Below, one piece after another: positions 50,646 through 61,050 of a DNA stretch of 64,000 nucleotides (the stretch's first letter is position 1; every line of letters begins with the position of its first letter). Position numbers and translations under genes: made by a program. The stretch comes from Octopus bimaculoides (lineage: Eukaryota). The notes below the pieces were generated by a model, which made no database searches, was not told the origin of the DNA, and saw nothing but the letters and a program-made list of their open reading frames with translations. Location: NCBI RefSeq assembly GCF_001194135.2, contig NC_068992.1, forward strand, positions 52,433,161 to 52,497,160, given 5' to 3'.

Positions 50646-51597
50646 CGACGACGACGATGATGATGATGACCAGATACAGTTTATGGGTGGTAAATCTACC
50701 ATTGACAATATTTGAACTCAAAACACAAAGAACCGGTATTACTACCAAGTAGTACTCTAAATAATAATAAAAAATGTATAATCAAGGCAGTTCATAATCT
50801 TACATGTAATATATATGACTCTAAAAGCTATTTTCCTTGATATTTTCTTCAATTCAAAAAATTTCTAAAGAATTATATAAGAAACATTTTGGCACTGATA
50901 TGTTTGTAATGTTATATCCATTTCTTGATAAGAAATCTACTGGTTAAATGCAGTCATATATCATGTGCTCCCCTTGGCTAGAATAATACTGCATCTGTCT
51001 TTAGAGTACCATCAAACAAATCCTTTAACAAATAGCTATTGGCAGCTAATTTTCTCCTTTTCATCAAAATATAGTCTCCCTTTGACTTTGAAAATCTGCG
51101 TACTGTTTTCTCTTATATCTTAACGAACTTATACATCATTCATTCATTATAAATTAATGGCAATGTCTTCCAGCTTTTCTACATTCAAATTCATAGTCAG
51201 TTTGATTACTACAGCAATGTATCCTATATATTTGTCTTATGTGTATAGTTATCATTTCTTTTGTGTACCTACATGCATGTCTGTCCCCCAGTCAGCTTGT
51301 CAGTCTGTCTGTGTTTAAATAAATACATGTGTAAATATATGCATATCTACCGAACTACCTTTTCACTTACCTTCCGCCCTATCTACTTACATGCATGTTG
51401 ATGTATAGAACTAATTATCTCCCAACTAACATACCAACATAACTTCCTCCTTACCTACTTGACTGTCTCCCTACCAATCCTCTTTCTGTTAACATCGTGC
51501 CATTACGTATGTCATAAACTACCAATCCTGTTTACAAAATTACTAACCTACATTCCTAAATCCCTTCCTACTTATCTACCAGCCAACCTATCTATCC

Positions 51598-51860
51598 TTT
51601 TTTACTCAAGGCACAAGGCCCGAAATTTTGGGGGAGGGGGCCAGTCGATTAGATCGAACCAGTACGCAACTGGTACTTAATTTATCGACCACCAAAGGAT
51701 GAAAGGCTAAGTCGACCTCGGCGGAATTTGAACTCAGAAGACAGACGAAATACCACTAACGGCGTGCTAACGTTTCTTGTTTTTTTATTGCCCACAAGGA
51801 GCTAAACATAGAGGGGACAAACAAGGACACACAAAGGGATTAAGTCGATTACATTAACCG
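51598..51860 (-). mobile_element. SINE family C plus a second C-variant tail
   Basis: CAAGGCACAAGGCCCGAAATTTTGGGGG...GTCGACCTCGGCGGAATTTGAACTCAGAA, then TTTATTGCCCACAAGGAGCTAAACATAGAGGGGAC. Confidence 0.85.
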
Positions 51861-52207
51861 GGTAATGCGACATGTTCTTGCAAAAATGAGTAATCCTGCA
51901 ACAGACCGGCAACCCGTCCAGGTGGGAAATATATACGCTTTGAAACAGGGAAACCAGACATTATGAGTCGGGGTTACTCGAGAAGGTCATTTTACCTTTT
52001 ACCTCTTCTCTCAAGTACATTAACACTGATTTATCTGTCTATTTACAAAGACAATTGTGGTGCAGTAAAGATGGAAAATTGCAGGTGCGATATGTGTGTT
52101 TGTGTGTGTATGAAGGAAAACAAAGCTAAGTGTGCATTAGCATACAAAGTTGAAAAATAATCAGGTAAAAATGATAAAAACAAATATCAGATATAGCAAA
52201 CAAAAGC

Positions 52208-52322
52208 TTATTCTTCGGCAGGTGCTTGTTGGAGGATCTTTGTGGTTTCAATATCGAACGACATCCTGCTAGTTCCAGTGGCATCAACAATCATTAGGTT
52301 TTTAGGCATTGAAAAGTTGATG
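52208..52322 (-). CDS. Candidate terminal exon
   Basis: Strong acceptor GTATTTTTCTTGTTCTTTGTGTCTAG| with branch-point-like CCTAAT. Frames give HQLFNA* (phase 0) or INFSMPKNLMIVDATGTSRMSFDIETTKILQQAPAEE* (phase 2). Confidence 0.3.
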
Positions 52323-52398
52323 CTAGACACAAAGAACAAGAAAAATACACAGTGTTGTCGTCGCAATTAGGACACAGAAATGATAGCCTAAACCTTTT

Positions 52399-52459
52399 AC
52401 CACAAAAATATAAGGGAACAAAACACCACAAAAATATAAGGGAACAAAACACCACAAAA
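52399..52459. repeat. Perfect 26-bp tandem duplication (2.3 copies)
   Basis: ACCACAAAAATATAAGGGAACAAAAC at 52399 and 52425, partial copy at 52451. Confidence 0.95.
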
Positions 52460-52584
52460 CAATAGCGTAAATGAGTATTGCTAGAAGGATAAGGGCATAT
52501 AATTCTAAGGGCTCGAGCGGTAGCTCTTGAACAAATGCGTGGAAAACTGGAGAGGCGGAGAAATAATTTTGTTCTCTGAGAGAA
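52401..52584 (-). CDS. Candidate exon encoding a hydrophobic (transmembrane-like) segment
   Basis: Acceptor CTTTCTTATTACCTCCAG|, donor TG|GTAAAA, 184 nt, frame SLREQNYFSASPVFHAFVQELPLEPLELYALILLAILIYAIVLWCFVPLYFCGVLFPYIFV. Confidence 0.3.
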
Positions 52585-53454
52585 CTGGAGGTAATAAGAA
52601 AGGCAAAAGAGTAAATAGAAAGAATGTTGCGAACAAAAATTGTAGAAAAAGAGAGATAGAGAGAGAAGAGTTATAGAATCGAGAAAGATAGAAATTGCTT
52701 GAAGAAAGTCACCGTAATTAAATAAATTACAAGGTCATGTGCAGGCACAGAGACGTATATATCTACATATAGAGAAAATGGTAAGAGAGAGAGAGAGAGA
52801 GAGAGAGGAGGGTAATGCATGTAGAGTGTAACTATCTGATATGTGAGGAAAACGATGTTCAATACTTAAAATTTGAATAAATCTCTGGATTAAATGCTGC
52901 CTTAATATAATTGATCTGTTCAGTTGAAATTGAATCATGTTTAGTTTTACACTTAATAGATAAATATTTGCTGAAATCGCCCTCTGAGATGTAAACATGA
53001 CATGTATAGCTGCAATGAGATTAAGAAAGCTCTTTAAATTATGTGAAATACCATGAAATTACGCTGATGCAATGAAACCGCTGTAACATTATTTGTTCTA
53101 AACAGATATTTGTTTTTTTTTTTTCTGAAGATTCTGTATTTCCCTCCGGTTCTTCTTTCTTTTAATTTTATTTATTATTTTTTTTTTTTTGAGTTATAAA
53201 ATATGAATAAAATTATTTGATGGGAGGAAAAATGAAAAATGAAAAAAAAAAAAAGAAAAATCCGTAAACAGGACTTAATTGGAATAGTTTAAAATATAAT
53301 TTATGAAATTAAAGATAAAAGAAAGGTTCAGACAGCAACATCAAGATGTGAAAGACGGGATGAAACGCCGGTTGTAATAAATAGCATTTATGGAAAGAGA
53401 AGCAATATGCATGTACGTAACATACATATAAAAATATATCATACAAACACTCAT

Positions 53455-53605
53455 CAGGTGCGGTCCCAAGGATTTTTCGAAGGGAGAGCACAAAGTCAAA
53501 AGGGAATACAGTTCCAGGAGAAATGGGCGTAATAACATTATTTTGAAGGGCGAACTTCTTTTCTTGAAAAGGCACGTGCTCTCACATCCCTTGGGTCTCC
53601 CCCAG
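53455..53605. mobile_element. Degenerate hAT-type MITE
   Basis: Imperfect inverted ends CAGGTGCGGTCCCAAGG...CCTTGGGTCTCCCCCA resemble CAGGGGCGGATCCAGG-type hAT termini. No TSD found. Confidence 0.4.
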
Positions 53606-53714
53606 CACATATAGACACATCTATCTATACACACATATTTGCATATCTGTCTGCAAACACACAGGAAGCATCTTCGTCGTCGTCGCTTCCTTCTGATTTC
53701 CTTGTATATCTTAC

Positions 53715-53804
53715 ATCGGTGATAGAATGTCGGAGGTGGGTTTTGGTTAGGGTGGGTCCTGACTTGTCAGGATTGAACCACATACTGTGGTCCTTCAAGA
53801 CATC
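53715..53804 (-). CDS. Candidate internal exon (90 nt, phase 0 to 0)
   Basis: Acceptor GCTGTACAG|, donor GAT|GTAAGA, open frame DVLKDHSMWFNPDKSGPTLTKTHLRHSITD. Confidence 0.25.
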
Positions 53805-54014
53805 CTGTACAGCTTATGTAAAATATGACATGCAGGGGCAGCTGCAATGGTCAACTGTCAACCTAACTTGGTGCCTCGACTTAAGTACCTAATTCAGCTG
53901 AATCTTAATTATATATATATCTTTGAATGTGTGTGTGCATGTGTGTGTGCGTACGCGTGCATACATACACATACATATAATCTAGAGTCACACGAAACAG
54001 AGTTGAATAAAATA

Positions 54015-54274
54015 TTATATTATTTACTTTATTTACATTGGACGGATATTTGTCCTCATCTTGTTTGTTGTTAACACAACGTTTCGGCTGACATACCGTC
54101 TAATCTTCTTCGGGTGTCTTGGGGAAATTTCGACCCTGGGTTCTCATTCTTAAGGTATATTTCGATGTTGTTGTTGTTATTATTATTATTATTATTATTC
54201 AGGTCACTGCTTGGAATCGAATTCGGAATCTTGGGGTTTGTAGCCCGCGCTCTTAACTACTACGCCATATGCCC
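54015..54274 (-). mobile_element. Composite element: tRNA-like head, (TAA/CAA)n, tail with a degenerate hammerhead
   Basis: Head GGGCATATGGCGTAGTAGTTAAGAGCGCGGGCTACAAACCCCAAGATTCCGAATTCGATTCCAAGCAGTGACC (54202-54274). Hammerhead-like GACAC-CCGAAGA-...CAGCC-GAAAC-GTT-GTGTT at 54073-54118. Confidence 0.65.
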
Positions 54275-56259
54275 ACGGGCAATCAAATATTAGCCTCGAT
54301 GTAATCCAATTGACCATCCCTCCGTTCAAAATCGCTGGCCTTGAACTATTCATATGAGCCGGCATCACGTTCAGGATAATGTTGTAAACATGGTCTTTCA
54401 AACGTCACGGAAAGCGAATAACTGACCTTAGAGATCCAAGGCTCAAGGAAAGTTTATGCCTATTAGGTGTATGTAAATAGTATATCTGTCATATATATAT
54501 ATTTATATATATATAAGGTATATATGAATAGTGTACATGTAATATAAACACATATATTTATATATATATAATATATAAATTGCATATATGTAACGTGTGT
54601 GTGTGTGTGTGTGTATATACAATGTGCAATTGTAAATATGTCACAGATGAAAAATAAGAAAAAATATATTTTGTTTATGTTATCTTATCTGCTCAATATG
54701 TGTTTAGTTGATTGTCAAAAGATGTTGAACTCTGGCACTTTGGAACTTTTGCATAATAATAGTCCTTCACCATAACAAACAATAAAAGTAATTTATCAAT
54801 ATCTTCACTGGTAAAGTTTCTTAAAACCAATCAATAAATTAGTCAAATATAAAATATCATATGATCAATATGTGTGTGTGTGTTTATGTATGTATGTATT
54901 TGTAATTTTACATTTTTGTTATTTATTTTCTGCTCTTGATGTTTGGAGTTTGTTTCTATATCAGGATATATTTTGTTTATTATATTAAGAGTATTAAATT
55001 TCGTTATTGATTGGGAAAATTCTAACAAACAACAAAGCAGCTTTATTGGGCATTCCACCGATGACTCAATTTACTGGAGTGCCAAACCAGATAGGCAGAA
55101 AAAATACAATAGTCTGAAACATCAATGCATTGGTGCTTTCAACTAGGATGCTACAAGCATATACTGGAATACAGCCGGAATGCTGCTGGATTACTGATAT
55201 AATACTACTGATACTATGCCTACCAGCAGTTCTCTTGTCAACTTAATAGTACCCGTTACAAAAAGGGCGAGATAGTTAGAGACTATGATGGTACCGACAT
55301 GTGTTATGTATAGGGATTGACGACTTATTTTTAAAAAGTATCATTCGAATAGGAGGCTAAATAAGCCTGTCCAAGTTCTCGCTGTCCAAATTTAAAACAT
55401 GAAGTAGTTCATGTGTAACACCTGAGTGTATACTAAAATGAAAAAAAGTGCTTATTAATTATTTGGTAGTATGTAACATTTGCTAGAAGGAAGCAATTAT
55501 TAAATTCTAAATTCTACATTGTCTAGAAAATTAGTTAAATATCCTAAGTTTAATTCTTATTTATTTTGTTTATCAAAATGTGGTTTACAATAATTTTATT
55601 ATCGAAAGTTTCAACAGAAAAGTAATCCTCATTGACTGTCTACAAGATAGTTCTTTCTCTTTTCTTTCTCCCATACACTTCCTGGCGCTCATTTTTACAA
55701 ATATCTCAGTAAAAACATTTTGCAAATTATAAGTTTAATCAGGCGTCAGCTGCATTATGTTGATTCCATTATCTTTTCATATTTTTTTTTCGTATTGCTG
55801 GAGAAACAGAAAGCTGAAGAAGTATTTGTAATTTACTTACGTCAATCCTACCAAATAAAAAAAGGCATAACAACAGATATGTGTCCCTGCAACCAACTTT
55901 ATTTCTTTATAACTTCATGAAATTTTCCAGAAGTACATTTTAGATGGTGTAGATTAATGTTATATCGGAATTTCTTGTGAAAACGTTCTCAGACGGGTGG
56001 AGAAAAATTTAATATAATTCACGCACTGTTATTTGTCATCTCTTAACTTTCTGGAAAATTGAAATCTTTTAATAAACTTTTCTACAAATATATTTCGGAG
56101 GAGGTAGATTACGATTATGTTGGGATTTGACACGAAAAAGAAAGGGTTATGATCGAATAATTCACAGACTTCGACATTGTATCCTGATACATTCTGATGA
56201 GGTGAATGAATTATCTTCCACTACCATCAATTTTTTTTTCCCATAACAAATTTCAATAT

Positions 56260-56665
56260 ACAGGCACAGGTGAGACTGTATGGTAAGAAGCTTGCTTCAC
56301 AACCATATAGTTTCAGGTTCAGTCTCACTGCATGGCACCTTAAGCAAATGTCTTCTACTACATATCCTCTGGCCGACCAAAGCCTTGTGAGTGGATTTAA
56401 TAGATGGGAGCTGAAAGAAGCCCCTCGTATATATATTTGTGCGTGTGTATGTGCGTGTTTGTGTGTGTGTGTGTTTGTGACAGTGCTTGTCCCCCATCAC
56501 CACTTGATAACCAGTGCTGGTTCAGTAAAAGAGACCGACAGAATAAGTACCAGGCTTAAAAAGAAAAGAAATAAGTACTGGGTTCTATTAATTCAATTAA
56601 AAATTCTCGAAGGCAGTGCCCCAGCATGGCCGCTGCCAAACGACTGAAACAAGTGAAAGTAGAAG
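56260..56665 (+). mobile_element. SINE family B, full length
   Basis: Collinear with 32098-32518. Confidence 0.9.
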
Positions 56666-56814
56666 AAGAGAAAAGATAATCGCAATTTACTCAGAAACGT
56701 TATTTTTGGAAACTTTATGAAAAATATTCATTATTCTAAAAGTTATGACGAAACAAATGTCGGAGGCAGCCATCTGTACATATGATGATAACTGAAGACA
56801 TTAATGTGGTTAAC

Positions 56815-57140
56815 AGCTGACACTCCATCGGCTGTGATGACATGCATTCCAGTTGATACAATCAACAGAACTGCCTGCTCAGGAAATTAATGTACCAGTG
56901 GCTGAGCACTCCATGGACATGCGTACTTTTTAAGTAGTTCTCCAAAAGATTCAATGCATCACATAATGTGACAAGGCTGGCCGTTTGAAATACAGGTACT
57001 ACTGAGTTTTGCCAGGTGAGTGGACTGAAGCTATTTCAAATAAAATGTTTTGCTCAAGGACAAAATCTGCTGTCGGAAATCGAACTCATAACCTTTTGAC
57101 CGTGAGCCAAATACACTAGCCAATAAGCTACATGCTTTCA
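56815..57140 (-). mobile_element. Older SINE sharing the family A 3' region
   Basis: GTGGCTGAGCACTCCA...GTGACAAGGCTGGCC...TTGAAATACAGGTAC, with a different tRNA-like head (GGAAATCGAACTC). Confidence 0.75.
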
Positions 57141-57770
57141 TGATGTGGTTAAGCGTACGAACATAATATTTGATTTGTTTGTAAATTCTAATAGTCTTTT
57201 TGAGTGTTTGATAGTATTTTAAATTCGTTTACAGAACAAGTGAACATATTAAATAGATAAAGGATGCGAAAGGAAATCAAACGTGACATATCAGAAAAAT
57301 TTTATATATTGGGAGTTAAATGTGTAAATATCATAATTATGATTTTTAAACATTTGGGAAATGAATGAGCAGAAAAACCAGAGGGTAATCTTCCTGCTGG
57401 TTCATTTATATANNNNNNNNNNNNNNNNNNNNNNNNNNNNNNNNNNNNNNNNNNNNNNNNNNNNNNNNNNNNNNNNNNNNNNNNNNNNNNNNNNNNNNNN
57501 NNNNNNNNNNNNNNNNNNNNNNNNNNNNNNNNNNNNNNNNNNNNNNNNNNNNNNNNNNNNNNNNNNNNNNNNNNNNNNNNNNNNNNNNNNNNNNNNNNNN
57601 NNNNNNNNNNNNNNNNNNNNNNNNNNNNNNNNNNNNNNNNNNNNNNNNNNNNNNNNNNNNNNNNNNNNNNNNNNNNNNNNNNNNNNNNNNNNNNNNNNNN
57701 NNNNNNNNNNNNNNNNNNNNNNNNNNNNNNNNNNNNNNNNNNNNNNNNNNNNNNNNNNNNNNNNNNNNNN

Positions 57771-57810
<40 letters not shown>

Positions 57811-58011
57811 AGAGAGAGAGAGAAAGAGAGACATACATAAATACATACATGCATACATACACACACACATATATATGTATGTGTATATAATACATACATG
57901 TATACATGCATGCATACATACATACATATTGTTTTCTACTATATTTCCTCAAGTCTAATAACTGAAATTGGGTAAAGATCAAATATACATGCACACCTAC
58001 ACACTCACATA

Positions 58012-58247
58012 CAGGGTTGCCCAAAAGTAGGTTTGCAGTTATCACGTAGGCACTTTAAATTTCTTTTAAAACATTTTTATTGCATTTAAATTTCTGTTTT
58101 ACAAATTGAAAAGGCAACTTGATAAAATTAACTTAATTTGCATAGAATAATGGCTTCATATTTGTTTGTGAAAGAAATCTAAACTGTTAATATATGAATG
58201 CGAAAGAGATCGTTGAATATCGGTAAACCTAGTTTTGGGCCACCCTA
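58012..58247. mobile_element. Tc1/mariner-type MITE (~236 bp)
   Basis: TA-CAGGGTTGCCCAAAAGTAGGTTT ... AAACCTAGTTTTGGGCCACCCTA-TA: ~23-bp imperfect TIRs with TA on both sides. Confidence 0.88.
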
Positions 58248-58287
58248 TATATATATATATATGGTCTTATCGATGAGTATCCGGACT

Positions 58288-58848
58288 GTTGCTGTAGTAA
58301 CAATGCTAAAGCACACAGAGTTAAGCTGCTTCGTATGGATTGACTTTGAACACTGCTGTGCATGCGTACTAAGTTTTAACGTTCCAGCTCACTTTCGCTG
58401 TTTACAGCAATGCTTGGAAGGAACATGGGATCTTTATGGTTTTCGTCGGTGTTTACAATTTTGTTCCAATTGTTTTCAAATTTGGTACATGGATTAAGTT
58501 TTGTATGCTAATTATGAAAATGAAATTCACTTTTCCTATAAATCCGTAATTAAAAAATTATTAACCTTTAAAATTTGCAAAATTGGGTATTTTAGCCAAT
58601 CAGAAGCGACTATTTTACACATCACCGCGGCGAAAGTCTTGTTTCTATAGTAACCAAAGATGCTGTGCATGCGCACAAAGAGAATGAGATACGAGAAAGA
58701 TGAACTTCTTACTCTAATAATACTCTTCTGTTTTTCTCCGTCACAACTTATGAATGAGAAATGATGGGATGATAAATGAATAAGAATATCTGAAGAAAGA
58801 ATTGTATTCCGAAATATCATCGGACTATAGATAACTAATTTACAACAG
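58288..58848 (+). promoter_or_regulatory. Putative promoter with two RFX X-boxes, CCAAT box and NRF1-like sites; possible non-coding exon 1
   Basis: GTTGCTGTAGTAAC (58288-58301), GTTTCTATAGTAAC (58641-58654), AGCCAATCAG (58594-58603), TGCTGTGCATGCG (58354-58366 and from 58661), donor CAG|GTATAT at 58848/58849, CpG retention. Confidence 0.55.
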
Positions 58849-59020
58849 GTATATAATCCATTTTTTTTGTATTATATTGCATTGTTGTATATATATATAT
58901 GTATATATATATATAGTAAATCCAAAGCAACGAAGAACAAACACATAAGTAAAAGACAACACCGTGAGGACGTGGTATCCGCAAAGTATTAGCAGACGCT
59001 CAGGGAAGGAAAGAAAGGTA

Positions 59021-59056
59021 GTTTTTACGTTTCGAGCAAAGCTCTTCTTCAGAAAC
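59021..59056 (-). ncRNA. Minimal type I hammerhead ribozyme motif in a Penelope-type terminal-repeat fragment (~58960-59120)
   Basis: GUUU-CUGAAGA-A-GAGC(UUU)GCUC-GAAA-C-GUA-AAAAC: intact core, 4-bp stem II, loopless stem III, short stem I. Confidence 0.75.
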
Positions 59057-59175
59057 AGGAGACAGAGGAAAGTCCAAGACAAAAGGAAGACGGAGGAAAA
59101 AATCGTCAGCGATCCACATTTGTTTACATTTATATATATATATATATATTTGTATTTATTTGCTTTTCTGAGTAT

Positions 59176-59218
59176 ATTCCACTGATGAAGGCAGAGCTAG
59201 AAATCCGGGATCTGGAAT
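59176..59218 (+). ncRNA. Type I hammerhead ribozyme motif with weak stem II
   Basis: AUUCCA-CUGAUGA-AGGCAGAGCUA-GAAA-UCCGGGA-UC-UGGAAU: 6-bp stem I, intact core, near-palindromic stem III (AUCCGGGAU). Confidence 0.6.
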
Positions 59219-59452
59219 TATCCAGTAATTTCTGCTAGTTTATTTTGTCTTTTCGTCTTCTCTCCTGGTGCTATATGAATATTTAATGTGGTTTTAGAGT
59301 CAAGTTTTGACTGCTATTTCCAGCGTGGTGGTATCTCTCAGATACCCTATATTATAATTTTAAATAATTATTACCTTTGATGGTTTTTATTCCCATGCTG
59401 GCCACTTGATAAAATCGATATTTAAATATCGATCTTATTCTTATTTATGTAG

Positions 59453-59499
<47 letters not shown>

Positions 59500-60257
59500 A
59501 AATACACATACACACACACAAATATATACATATAAATACACAAACAGGCATGTTTATATGTGTGTGTTAATAAATTTGAATCTACAGCTATCTAAATGCC
59601 TTTGAGGGTTACAGTTGCCTGGACAAACGTAATTTCAGAGTTGCTGCAAAATAAATTGTGGACAAATGCTTGAAATTCAACTGATCGCATTACAGTCTAA
59701 ACCCATCTACGATAGGTGTGTATATAATGAGCAATTTCAAATGGTTATATACCAATTTTTGGAAGTGGGTGTTCCTTGCTTCCGTCCAAAATTTATTTCG
59801 TTTCTTGCATACAATTTGTTTTGATGTTTTCATTGTTTATTTTGAATAAGTTCATTCATTTTTGCTGTTGTTGCTGTTGTTGCTGTGGTGGTTGTTTAAT
59901 TTGGTTTCTTCAGTTCCACAAGTTTTGAGAGTATCTTTGCATTATTTCTCTTCTGGTGTGTTCTTTTTTTTTGTTGTTTATTCAGTATGTTTTTTAAACT
60001 TTATTAAATTTACATTTGCCTTCATTCACTTTCTTAACTTCTGTTTTCCCAAATCTTCAGCAAAATTGTGGATTCGCACATACACAAACACACACACGCA
60101 CGCACACACACACGCACACACATTCTTGATCTAATACATACATGTGTGTAAACCTATAAATTTGTGTGTGTGTATACATATACATACATACATAAATGTA
60201 TATATATATATATAAATACATGCATGCATATATACATATATGTGTATGTATGTATGT

Positions 60258-60303
<46 letters not shown>

Positions 60304-60837
60304 TCACATACACACACACGCAATACACACGCACACACACTCACTCAGACAAAAACATATATCACCTGTTTATTTATTTACTTTTATTGAATATTTGCTT
60401 ATTTATTAGTTTACCTGAACTGTCTTCAGTTCTTCTTTTATTGTTAATTTTTACCTTTAAAAACACTTTTTTCTGTGTTCTTACATTTCTATACATTGCA
60501 TTGTTGAGAAGTAACTATGTAAGAACTGGAAGGATGCGAAAGAGAGAGAGAGGAGGGAGGGGAGAAGAGATTGAGAATGGGGTAGATTGAGGAAGATGTG
60601 TGAGAGGGATGGCGTATTAGAGAAAGTTACAGAAAAAGAAAGAGTGATATTGACAGAAGATAATGAGTGAGAGAGTAAAGAAAAGGAAGATTTGAAGAAA
60701 CTGATTAGGTGAGTGAAAGGAAGAAAGAAAGAATGATAGACAGACATGTAAATATTTAGATAGATAGATAGGTAGATAGTTAGATGGATGGATGGATAGA
60801 AGGATAGATAGATAGATGGATGGATAGATGGAAGGAG

Positions 60838-61050
60838 TCAGTGAGCTAGGAGAAACGTTAGCACACCAGGTGAAATGCTTAGCAATGTTTTGTCTGTCTT
60901 TACGTTCCGATTTCAAATTCCACCATGGTCAGTTTTGCCTTTCATCCTTTCCCCGGGGCGATAAATCAAGTACCAGTTGCGTACTGGGGTCGATCTAATC
61001 GACTGGCTCCCTCCCGAAAAATATCAGTCCTTGTGCTTAGAGTAGGAAAG
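60838..61050 (+). mobile_element. SINE family C
   Basis: GTGAGCTAGGAGAAACGTTAGCAC...GTACCAGTTGCGTACTGGGGTCGATCTAATCGAC...GTGCTTAGAGTAGGAAAG. An inverted C head follows at ~61120-61200. Confidence 0.88.

Noticed and set aside
54202-54274. Functional tRNA gene
   Set aside because: Poor acceptor-stem pairing and an altered B box, and it is embedded in a repeat, so it is treated as a tRNA-derived head. SINE A, B and C heads were rejected as tRNA genes for similar reasons.
55370-55435. HELLH (HExxH-like) motif after a strong minus acceptor
   Set aside because: The frame stops after ~24 codons with no GT donor and lacks the astacin GxxHE extension.
58784-58824. Third hammerhead-like core CUGAAGA-AA-GAAU(UGU)AUUC-C-GAAA-UAUC
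   Set aside because: The core and a 4-bp stem II are present, but stem I has only 2 bp and the stem II closing pair mismatches; chance or a very decayed relic.
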